DNA of 64,000 nucleotides from Eutreptiella sp. 'Long Island Sound 2002' (Eukaryota; Protista; Euglenida), in the NCBI GenBank assembly GCA_964036045.1, contig OZ038379.1, positions 15,376,001-15,440,000 of the forward strand, in the 5' to 3' direction. How positions within the stretch are numbered: position 1 is the first letter of the stretch; every line of letters begins with the position of its first letter. Under the pieces are notes generated by a model, which saw only the letters and a list, made by a program, of their open reading frames with translations, was not told where the DNA came from and ran no database searches. A program made the position numbers and the translations under genes. This document shows, piece after piece, positions 12,401-23,900 of this stretch.

Positions 12401-15400
12401 CAGCACCAGGCCCTTGCGGGGTGCTGCTAGGGATTGGCTCACAGGACTGCTGCTGGTGCTCGGACCGTTGGCTTTCACTCTCAGTCCTATTGCGTTGCTC
12501 CCTGCGCGTGGAGCGGCCCAGGCAGCGTGTACAGTGGTGGGGGCATCATGAGGCTTGACAGTCGGGCGGCTCAAGTGTCTGCGGATGTGGTCAAGGCCTT
12601 CACGGGGGCTGCGAGTTCCGACGTGGAGCAGAAGCACGTCTGAGCCCCAAAATCCGCTGCCCGCAGAGGCAAGACGTAGCACTGCCGTGCCAAGCACCAG
12701 GAGTACTGATGCCAACACAACAAGGATGCGCTGAGCACTGCGGCCTGTGTGCGGTACCTCGTGCTGAACGGGCAGCCACACCACGAAAGCTCGATCGTGG
12801 TCCGGGGTAGCGCTGGGGCAACCAGACATTCGCATCGTGTTAGTGCAATAGGTGCATGTCTGCAATAAGCGGCAGTGATATCATACATTAAACGTGGCAC
12901 AGCAACGGAAGCAATGCCCTGGAGCCAGGAAGCAGTATGGCAGGTTTTTGGACAATGGGCCAGCCCGGCACCCCAGCGCAAAGCATCAAAACCCCACACA
13001 TCGACCCCTCGTCGAATGGTAACGCACCCGGCCGCGGAATTTTTAGGGGGACGTCAGCCCCTGAACAAGTTGATGCGGTTAAGAACATTAAAAAAAGCAT
13101 CAAAACCCCGGCAGGTCATATCCCGTTCCGGAACAAGCATTCTTGAATCGGCTCGTCCACCAGGGAATCCCTCGAAGTGGGGTCGCATTGGCCGATGGTA
13201 CGGTGCCCTCAAGTGCGGGTGAAAGGAGTGCGCTGCCACCCCGCAGTCGCCCTGCACCTCAGTGCGCAGCATAGAGGTGGCTTTGTCTAAACCACTGGAA
13301 AATCACATTGAGCCCATTTACCACGATATCTCGAGCCTATTCCTCGCTCCTTCGCCAACTATCAAGATGAAGACCACTGCATGGCCTGTGCAAGCGAAGA
13401 GCCCTCTGAACAGGAGTTCACCCAAAACATTTGACCAACAACATGTCATGGTTGCGGAGGCCTATTGTCCCACAGTTTTGTAAGCAGGGGGACGCTCCAC
13501 AGTCAAATTACACCATACACAGCTATATTGCAGATGGCTGTGCACCACATGGAGCGGTACATTGTATACTGAATGCTGATGGGCTAATCCAACGTCTGAG
13601 TGTTGCACAATTTTTTTTGTGCAAAAAATTTCACTCCAAAACGCACAACTGCCTAAACCCTCTGGGTGTTATACATATGGTGGCCCAGCCTCCAAAGTGT
13701 ATTCCATGATGTGCACATCCCTAGAAAGTGTGGCCTCCCATCAATGAGATGCCTTGGGCCCTCATTTGACAACTAAGGAAGAGGAATGATGCGAGGACTC
13801 AGACCCTACACCCAGGTTAGTTTCCTGCAGATGCAGGGTGTATGCTCTTGTTGCTTTGACCAGACAAATGTCAAGTTGTTTGGTGTTCATCTTGACCACC
13901 CAAGAAATTGGCCGTTTGAAAAATGATGAATAAAAGTAAAACCAAAATGGAGGTGCATGCTGTTGATTGCACCAATTTCTGTCCCATAAAAATCAAATTT
14001 GTAGCTGTCCAAAACACAAGCAATGAATGCCTGAAGAAATTGCAGGAATACGCATGCATTATTGTGTTTCTCTCATCTTCATCACGCATCCAAACCCTGA
14101 TTACAGGGACCTATGACAGTTTTGCATCTATGCCAGATTGCATACGGGGACAGTCAGCACCCACATTTATGGCGTCAGAAGCATCCAAATCCAAAGTGTG
14201 GTTTGGGTCAGAGAGAATTTCTACACATGCGCCCCTCAGGCACCGTCCTGAAGCTTGTGCGACACCCTTTTCCTGAAGCGGTTGCCTCTCTACCCATCCC
14301 TTTTCCCTTGTGCACGCCGCATATTGGCGAAGTTGCGTAGCCTCCAAGTGTGTAGGGCAATCAAAGCCAAAGGCAATCATTGACATAGACCATTGCGGAC
14401 TGTGCCAGACTGCCAGCAATGCATGTCACTTGGCCCCTCCAACACACCCTTAACACGTCAACTTTTTCCGCTCAGTACCCACATGCATATAGTCACATCC
14501 TCTCCTTCCACTTTGAATGATGAGGGCTGGATGACTCAATTTTTTTTCAATGAAGGAGCACCCTGATGCCCCAGCACAAATGAAGTGGTGAGCGACATAT
14601 CATTTCCATAGTACATTTTTGCTTTCAACGTTTTTGTGTGGAGAATACTACGGCATCACTATGCCAATTTGGCTTCCAAAAGAGCATTCTGAAGTCCGAG
14701 AGTCACTTTTAGTATTGATGGTTGCCTGTTGCCTTAAAGGCCTTACTTAGTGACGCTGTTATTTGCCTCAAATTCCTGTTGCTCTGGAAAGCATGATGCG
14801 TGGAACATCGTTGCAATTACTTCAGCTTTTCGCCTTTGTTGTGATACTACTGGTAAAGTCTGGCTATCAATGGGTTGAAAGAAAGGAAAATCGAATTGCG
14901 CACTCTAGTTCTGACCATTGTTTTCAAGTATGAGTGAGAATTTTTGGTGCATGCGTCTTCATGTGATGGCCCTGCATAGCCATGAATGCAATGCAAAGGT
15001 GAAGCTCCTCTTTTTCGAGCAAAATATATGAAATCACATGCTCCTGCACTTACATCTTGGGTCATGACGTGCCTTGGTCAGCTTAATCTATAAACATAGA
15101 TCTATGATGTACAAGGTTGTATTCTGAATTGCAGGCTGCAAAATGCTACAGCCTCCTCGGGTAGGACACAGAGTAAGCCAACGGACCGTGGCCGGACGCC
15201 CCCTCGGACCACATGGCGCTAGGCTACATAACTCAGGGTCTCCAAAGTGGAGAGCAATGATGGGGCTGTGGGCAGCCACAGACAAAAATAATCCTTCGAG
15301 GGTCTTCGGCGCCTGTGGGCAAGTCAACCGCCTGAGCCCAGTACCTGGGGGGCCTGCAACCAACCGTGGCTGCAGGCCCCCCTGAGGGGGTAGCGGTCTG

Positions 15401-15424
15401 CGTTCCTGGGCCTGTAGCCCCCCC

Positions 15425-15690
15425 CCCCCAACCCCCTGTGTGGCATTCCATCTGGTTGTTGTTTCTTTGCGGGGCCCTGGACAGTCACCCGTTCTTCCCT
15501 TCGCTGCTTGCTGTCGGCCGCTGCGGCCGGTGCTCCTGCTGGTGTCGGTTCCGCGTTCATGGAGCCCAGTGGTTGGTGTGCTGGGGCTGTGCTGGTTGTG
15601 GCAGTATGTGCCGTTTGTGTGTCAGCAGCGCCCAGTGGTTGGCGTATTGAGGTTGTGCTGGTTGGTGTGGGGGCCGTTTGACTGCCCCCC
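15425..15690. mobile_element. Dispersed SINE-like repeat family, copy 1
   Basis: Shares the core GGACAGTCACCCGTTCT (15479-15495) and flanking blocks (ctcctgctggtgtcg, gagcccagtggttggt, ggggctgtgctggttg) with copies near 16000-16300 and 48630-48860. The class assignment is inference. Confidence 0.75.
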
Positions 15691-15994
15691 CTCCCCCCAC
15701 CAACAAATGCCCCTCGGCCACAGCAGAGAACCACAAGAGGAAGGTTGTCAGGGCCTGCAGGTCCCTGGAAGGGCAAGACCCCAAGAGAGCCTGACGTCGA
15801 AGTCCTGCAGCGGGTGCGCTCAGGCCTTTGCTTGAAGAGAGAGGGCGGGGGGTCTGGGGCGGATCTATGATTGCCTCAACACCTGGGGGCCCTTGTGTAC
15901 ATTTCATGGCTTTCTGAGGAAAACATCGCTGACGTAGTCTGTGGACTTTGTAGGGGGAGATGGGTCAGACCTGCATGACCACGCAATCCCCCCC

Positions 15995-16300
15995 CCCTCT
16001 GTGACATTCCGTCCTTCGTTGGTTCCCTTGCAAGGCCGTGGACAGTCACCCGTTCTCCCCTTCACAAATTGCGTCGGGTCGTCGTTGCTCGCTCGGCCAT
16101 GGGGTCGGTGTGTGTTGCTTCGTTTGGGTGTGCGTGGGGCGAAACCATTGGTCTGCTGAGGCCGTGGCTGGTGCTGTGGGGGTCGTTCTGTTCCGTTCAC
16201 GAAGGGGGTCGGGTTACCGTTATCTGCTCGCGTCGCTTGCGTGTGAGCGGGGCCCAATGGTTGGTCTGCTGGGGCTGCGGCGGGCGCTGTGGGGGCCTTT
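15995..16300. mobile_element. Dispersed SINE-like repeat family, copy 2
   Basis: Core GGACAGTCACCCGTTCT at 16040-16056; more diverged than copies 1 and 3. Confidence 0.7.
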
Positions 16301-17761
16301 TCTTTGGAAGATCAGCAGCGGAGTGCACCGAAGGAGTGGCCCACAGCACCAAACAATGGGGGCCTGTCTGGGCCCCCTCCACTTCCTACACTCAGTGAAC
16401 CTGGTGCTGCATGCGGGTCCCTATGTACGCCGCGCAGGTTGCGCTCCATCGTGGTTGCCGCGGGTGTCGTGCGCCCGATCGTGCACGCGGGCGTCGCGCG
16501 CTCATTCGCTGTTTCCGCGGGTGTCGCGCAGCTCAGCTCAGCGCCCCTCCACAGACACTAAAGGCGATTGAAAGGGGTTGATGGACGATCTGAAGAGGAG
16601 CGAGCAAAGAGCGCCAGGACACAAGAACTCGGAACTGGTACATTCGACTCGCTTTCACAGTGTAAAGTGGTTGACTGCTGTGGCCGTGTTGCGGCCCCAC
16701 CACAACCGCGGCCGCTTTTTGCATCCGAGTCCTGAGGCCCGCCCCCCCCTTGAGCCCCCCTTGCCCTTGATGCAGTTTCTGCCACAGCGAACCCAAAGCG
16801 GATCCCGTTGTTCGCGAATTTCTGGGCACTCCCGAATCACTTTTCGACTTCGGGGCGGAGCAACACGAAGTGAACAAATCCGTCCCAACATTTTAATGTA
16901 CGTTTTGTGCTCTTGACGGTTGTTCGGGGCGGTGTCCAGTGTGCGGCACCCAGAACAGCCTCCCTGACGGACGCCCTGCGTATGACTGGGCCCAGTGACT
17001 TGCCCACCACCAAAGATTGCCGGACTCCCGGACGCCTGGACTTTGCGGGTGGACCGGCATCGGTACCATTTTGTTGGCAGAAGGCCCAACTGCCACTCTT
17101 TTGGCCGGCCGTTCGCCCCGCGTGCTCTGTTCTTCTCGCAGCACAGCCAAATGGTGTTGGTGAGAGCATTGCGGAAGGGACATCGGTGGGCTCTTGCAGT
17201 GGCTGGTGGTCAACCGAGTAGTACCTGACGCCCCCGCCCCCGGCCGCGGTGTTGAAGTCCTGTGGTCACTGACCGGCACAGAGAAGTGGCAGAGTAGAGC
17301 TGCCGTGCAGAGTGGTATGCCTTGGAGGCACTCGTATCTGCAGCGTCAACAGGCAGGCTTTCGATAGGCAGGCCCAATGGCGGGGCCTCCCAAGTTCAGC
17401 CCCACCGCACCGCGACCTGAACCCCTCCCCCCCCCCCCCAACTGCATTCATGAGCAGTGGGACGGACATTCCACCCTCACTGACAAATCACTCCATCAGC
17501 ACCAAACAGCACCATTCTCTTTATGAACACCCAACAGCGACGCGATTACTAACTCCCCCCCCCCCACACGCCCTACACCTCCCACAAACAATCTCGATCA
17601 ACGTCAGCAGGTCACAAAAAACACAGTATGTCACGTACTCAGCTTCATCGAAACACCCCCCGCCAGAGCACCCTCAACCGCAGGGAAATCGCAATAGCGC
17701 GCCGACCATGCGGGACAGGCACCGTGGCAGGGCAAGGCCCCGTCCTCATCTACATTGCCGT

Positions 17762-17974
17762 TCAACAGGACCCCCCAGCACCAGTGCCGCCATCTTCGCT
17801 GTGGCCGCGATCGGGCGCAGGAGCGGCATCGCCGATGCCGTAGAACTGCAAGGCATTGTCGTGAGCCGCCTGCAACACCTCTTCAACGGTAATACGCTTC
17901 AGTTGCGCCAGGGCCCGTGCGGTGAAAGGCAAATGGAACGGGGAGCTGAAGTCGTACTGCGACTGAGTGGGGCC
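17762..17974 (-). CDS. CCHC-TatD gene exon 9 (terminal)
   Basis: ccttgcag|GPTQSQYDFSSPFHLPFTARALAQLKRITVEEVLQAAHDNALQFYG...TGA; matches the TatD C-terminal helix pattern. Confidence 0.88.
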   Translation of the reverse strand, partial: GPTQSQYDFSSPFHLPFTARALAQLKRITVEEVLQAAHDNALQFYGIGDAAPAPDRGHSEDGGTGAGGSC

Positions 17975-20900
17975 CTGCAAGGCACGGCATGTGAATCCAT
18001 CGAAGGGGGTTGCATGCAGCAGGGGCAGGGGGATGGGGGGGGGGGATTGGCACAGTGGACTCTCCTCAACATATTACTGAGGGTGAGAACCAACACGACT
18101 CCCAAACCCATGGTGTAGCTTAGGATGCGTCGCGCGCGTGCAAAAATAAAGGATTCTCCGTTCATGAAAAGTGCTGTTTTACATTGAAAATTCTGTTTGT
18201 AATTCAGGGTATTATAATGGATGAACAATCTTTTTGTGCTCTGTTGTTGTTGCTTTTGTACCTGTTATGGTAAATGCAACCGTACCAATCCGGCACATAC
18301 CGCTGAGGCCAGCGCGGTCCAGTCAGTCGGTGGCACGTCGGCAAGGGCAAGGTGCAACGCTGTAGGGGTGGGCTATTCATCTACAAAGCAGGGGGCACGA
18401 GTTCCCAGAGCAGTGCGTACAACTGCAAAGGCAGGGCGCACCGCTGCAAGGGCAGGCAGAGTTCCACTTAAGAGGGGGATGGGGGGGGGGGGGAGCCCCC
18501 ACCTCCCTTCTGGTCCTGGAACTTTTCAAGGGCAATGGTTGGGCCAGCCAGGAAAGCGGTCCCCCAAGAACCGCCCGCTGCCATCCGGCGCCCCTACCCC
18601 CTCCCACCACTCCCCATCTTTGGAGAAGAGTGCGCCAATGGCACCACAAACACTCGTCGTGACGTGGGGCATATGTAGTGGAGATCCAAAGCCACCGTTT
18701 GCAGTTGTTCCTCCATTTTCATGGTCGGTTGCCTGCTGCATGCTCCTGCAACCCACAACGGGCGCCTGCGTGCCCTGGTGCTCCCACACACACATGGGGC
18801 GCCTGCCTGGGCTTTGCAATTCAACACCTGCTGACCGGGAAGGTGGCCTGTCCAGTGCTTGTTGGTGCCCTGCGTGTTCCCTGTGTAGAGGTGTTGCTCC
18901 TTGAAGCTTCGGGGGGTTTGGTTACGGCACCGCGATTCTTCTGCAATTTTCCGCAATTCTTTGCAATTGGATTTGACGGTCCCTGACCACAATCGTCCCC
19001 CTTTCCCCCGGCAGAAAGCAATTGCGGAAAAATTGCGGAAATTGCGGGAAATTGCGAAAAATGGCGGGAAACTGCAAAAAGTTGCGAAAAATGCGAACCT
19101 CAATCCCCCCCCCCTGTCTTTTCCCCGTCGCAGCCAACTCTCCGGTGCCTCACTGCAAAGCAACGAGGTCACGTGGCTCAGCTGTCATACAACATGATGC
19201 CTGAACAGCGGGTCCCAAGACTGCGCCTCGGGTGCAGCACAAGTGATAGGGCCAAGTGGAGCCTGCGGGGCGTACTACTTCTCCCTCTATCGACTCTCGG
19301 GCGCCTGAATGCAAAGCGCATACCCCCGTGGGTACCTCCAGTGGGGCATTGGACTCCAGGAGCACTTTGCGCAAAGGAATGTCAAAGGCGAGCTCGTGCA
19401 GGGGCTTGGCTTTGTCCGCGCGGAACGTGAGCGCCCCACTGAAACTTAAGTACAGATTGGGCAGCGCACGGGCCAACTTGAGCGGGAGCTCCGGATGCGT
19501 TCCCTGGTACCTGAGCCACGGGGGGGGGGGGGGGGTGCATGGCACCAAACCAGCACAGCCCGCGCCCAACAAACAGGACAGCGCTGCAAGGACTCAATAT
19601 TGGGACGGAGCTCGTCAAGGAAAGGGCATTGCGCACTAAAGACCATGCACCCCCACAGACAGCCGTGCCCTAACCCTCCGTCCTTGTTTGTATCCCAACA
19701 CAGTGACATGGGGACGGCTACATCATACGGGTATGTATTAGGCAGAGAGGGGGGCTTCAAATGGCCAGGTTGCATTGTCCGCATTAGGCTCTGGCTGCGC
19801 CTGCCCCACAGCTGTCATCGCCTTCTGTCCAGTGTGTCAGCGTCCTGCGCTTCTCCAGGCGCCATTGGATTGTGCATCCTGGCTCCACGCTGTTCTCTGG
19901 CCCTTTGGACTCCACTGGGTTATGCGTACATCCAGGTCAGCGGTCACTCCCTCCCTGAGGTGCTTCTGCTGGCCCCGTTCGGCCCCTCTCGGTTGGGCTG
20001 CGTTTGGTCCTTAGGTTGAGGGTAGGGGGGGGGGGGGTTGCCCGACCCCTCCTCCTCCACCCACAGCACCAGAAAAATACGTGGCACAATCGAAATCGTC
20101 CCAGCACAAAACAAGCATCAGCACAACAAAGACCATGGCTCCGTCGGGTCGGTGTGCAGCACCCATCGGCCAACAGACAATAGACAACAGACACAATGTG
20201 CTCCAGGACAGCCACCGACCTCTCCCAAGGGTGGGTTCTCTCAGGGACTGGAGTGGGTCCACAACATTTCTTACCCGAATGATGCATTAGAACAGTAGGA
20301 ATCGGGGGGGGTCTAGGAGGGGGGGGGGGGGCAGGGGGCAGGGACTTGCTTGAGCGGGGGGAGGGGGGGGAGGGGGTCCAGGGGGGAGGGGTCCCCCCCG
20401 TCGGAATGAAAATTAAAGCAAGTCCCTGGGGGGGGGGGGGCAGGGGGGGTTTCTCCCCCCCGTCCTGTGGGTGTCACCCGTTCCAACACATCCCTGCCCC
20501 AACAAACAGCACAGCCGGCACCCACAGCCCAAACAGCACCAGCATGACCCACCCCGACCCGGGACACCCAAGGCAGCACCGACCAAACAGCACCACATAA
20601 CCGCCACGGCACACCCGGCCCCAACACCGAAGCGAATCACACAAGCACCACCGGCACCTGGACGGCCCCCCGCGCACAAGCGCAGCCCCGCCGGCACCGA
20701 CACAGCCCACTCCAGCCCAACACAAGCGGGGCAACGGTACAACCAAAACCGGACCGGCACAGGTACAGGGCATGGGGTACGCACAACGCTTGGCGCACCC
20801 ATCGACACAGGCACCCCCTGCGGGTATACCGTGGCCTGGACCTACAACTCCAGCCCCTGGTCGCGCACCTGATCAGCACTCGGGAGTCCATGTCCACTAC

Positions 20901-23900
20901 GTCCGGGTCCGTCAGCAGTTCCAGTGTGCGTTTGTCGGCGTCCTTTGTGAAGAACACCACGGGCAACTGATGGGCCTTGGCGAAAGCCATCTGCTCCTTG
21001 CACACACGGACCTGCTCCTCCTCATCAACGGGGAGGCTGAAGTTCAGCCCACAAGACAGTCCCACCTGCCAAGGCCGGTGACAGCAACGCTGGGGATCAT
21101 GGCGACGTTTTTGGGACAGGGCTGCGAGGGCGAGTCCTTCCCAGCGGAACGCTGGGGTGGTGGGTGACCTCTTCACGAGTTTCTGGGGTAGGGGAAGGGG
21201 GGGGGAGGCCCCTGCAAGCCTTCGACAGAGTCTTCAAATTTGTCATTGTTTACTCCGTGCCCGCCGGTACACCCCAATCCATGCCACGGCGGTCTGTGCC
21301 GAAAAGCACAACCAGGGGCTGGACTCTCGCACCCCCCAACTTCAAGAAAGCACCGGCTGCTGGCGGCGTGTTGCGGCCGTTTACCTCTTCAGGGCATTAC
21401 CACAGGACCTGACATCGGATGCCCACAACTCGCCATCCGAGGAATGGCAACCGACGCGGACACCTGGAGGACCGCCGTTCCCAAAATCCGCCCGGGCCCG
21501 GGCCGCGTCCCCAAACACTCTTCCGCACTTGATCTGAATGCGAGTTACCCCCATGCACTAGCCCAGGGGACAAAGGTCCCCTCCCCTGCCACACCAGCCC
21601 ATGGGGGGTTCTGCAGTTCAGTTCTAGACACCAACCCCCGCGGCATGGGCGGGGGGGGTCCGGGAGGGGGGGGTAGTCGAAAAATTTTCTCCATTTTGGG
21701 GGCATTTTTGAATTCCCCGTTTCATTCTGAGCATTTTGAATATACACAAATGGAGTGAAATTTGGTTTTACCCCTCACAACGACTGAAAAACAGTACCAT
21801 ATTCCAACAGATGTACCTGTGAATCAGCAAAGGCCTCCCGGCCAGCAGAAGAAGGCATGTCGCACGGCATTCCCTAACTCATTGTGAGCATTTTGAATGT
21901 AAACAACTGGGGGGAAATGAAGGTTTTTGCAAATTTTCCAGGCTCAAAAAAATTTCCGGGCGCCGCTAGCGCCCAAATTGCCAGTTCTAACCAAGTGCTG
22001 ACTAGTGTGGGTTGGGGGGTCCAGAGGGGGGGTGGGGGGGTGGGGGGTGGGGGGGGGGGATTGGTGTCAGGCCTCACAGGTAAGCGCCCCCCATGCACCA
22101 GCCCGTACCTAAAGCCCTGCATCCATCAGACCACATACCACACGGTCCCCCCAGCGCTCAAGGCTGGACGTGAATTGCTCCTGGACCTCCACGTCCCATT
22201 CCATCGCACGTTCTGGGGGCAGGCCAATCAGGCCATAGACAGCGGCGGTGCTGTTGCCGGCAGTGTGGTCATTGGTCAACAAGCATTCTGCAGACACGCA
22301 ACGCATGCAGATGTTGCATGGCCGGAGAGAAGGGCAAATCTTACCATCAAAGCGCGCCAGGGCAATGCCGTGGTAAGGTAAAGAAGAAGCAGGCAGAGAG
22401 GGACAGAGGGAGCAAAGAAGGAAATGAAGAAGAAACGAGGAAGAAGAGGATGGGCAAGTGTATGCAACAGTGGACAGGTGCGACGAAGGAAAGGCTCTGT
22501 TAAAGAGGGGCAAGTGGGCACAGTAACAAAAACAGTGACAACAATAATACCAATAGAAGATACACTAGCAATGCCACCACAGTGCAATGCAATACAATGC
22601 AACTCAGAACAATATAATGCAGTGGAATACGGTGCAATAGAAAGCAATGCAATACAAGTCAATACAATGCAAGTGGACATAAAGCAGCCCACAACAACAC
22701 AACGCAAAACAGAACAATACAATGCAAGACAGTGCATTGATCCAAATCTGACTTCGCCGCCCACCCTCTCCACCCGTGCCTCCCTTTGTCCCTCCCTCCA
22801 TCCGTCCGTCCGTCCGTCCCTCAGTCACCTCCCTCCCTCCCTCGCAAGCCGCCAGCATTGCCATGCAGACACAGACCTGCCAAGGAATCCTGCCCAACGG
22901 GCGGGAAGTGGCTCACACACGTCTTCACGGTGCAGTTCTCTGCGGCGGTTCTGGGCAAGTGTTGCCGCGCAAAGCGTGTCAATGCGGTCCCCACGTGGTC
23001 GGCATGCCCCCCCACAGAGAAGCGCGACTTGGAGAACAGGCTCCGGAGGTTGGCGAAGCCGTCCACAAGCGGGACTGCGATCTGAGGCCATCTGCAGAGG
23101 CGGACATACGCGGCGTGCTGTGTTGCCACATGGACGGCGTGCAGAACCCTCGGATTCCCTGACTACCATGACTGTGCGTTTGTCCTACCCCGCCCCCCCC
23201 ATGTCCAGCCCCCCCCCAGGGTACACGGTTCCCCCCCACCCCGGGGGGAACCGTCACCAAGTGACGGTTCCCCCCCTGGGGGGGGGGGGGGAACCGTACA
23301 CCACTCCCGACCAGCCAATTCTAGTATAACCCAACTAAAAATTTTCTTCGGCGCCTTTGGCGCCTGTGATTTCCTATTGATTTCTTATTGTTCATGGGCC
23401 AAGTGACGGTTCCCCCCCTGGGGGGGGGGATGGACACGGGGGGGGGATGGACATGGGGGGGGGGGGGTAATTCCCCGGCCCCGGCCCCGCATTGCGCCGC
23501 TCTGTGCGGGCCCAGTCTGCCCCGCCAGTGTGCCCCCTGGAGCCCTGCGGCAGACCAGTACCTGCCCCCCGGGTCCAGCCCCACGCCAGGCGGGGCATAT
23601 TGCAGGCATACTCGAACTCCTCTTGGACTTCGGCGCGGGCCCCTCGGTCCTTTGCACGCAGCGACTCCGCGGTCGCTGTACACTCAGACTTGATGTGGCC
23701 TGACCAGAACGCGCAGCAGCCGCAGGACGCACCGTTGGTGGGGGTTATCGCGCACAGCGGGTGCGGCACGCAGTGGTCGGTGCGATGCCTTGCTGCATGG
23801 GCCCGAAAGGGGACCGTTGCACTGCGTTTGTGCACCGTGCGCCCCTTCGCAGGCCCAAAGGGAAGCAAATATCATTCATGTGGGGGGGGGGGGGTCATTG

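Noticed and set aside
12200-15100. Decayed coding region (PARP-like IFRGTS, MULE/SWIM-like fragments)
   Set aside because: Multiple stops, inconsistent motif order and no convincing family match.
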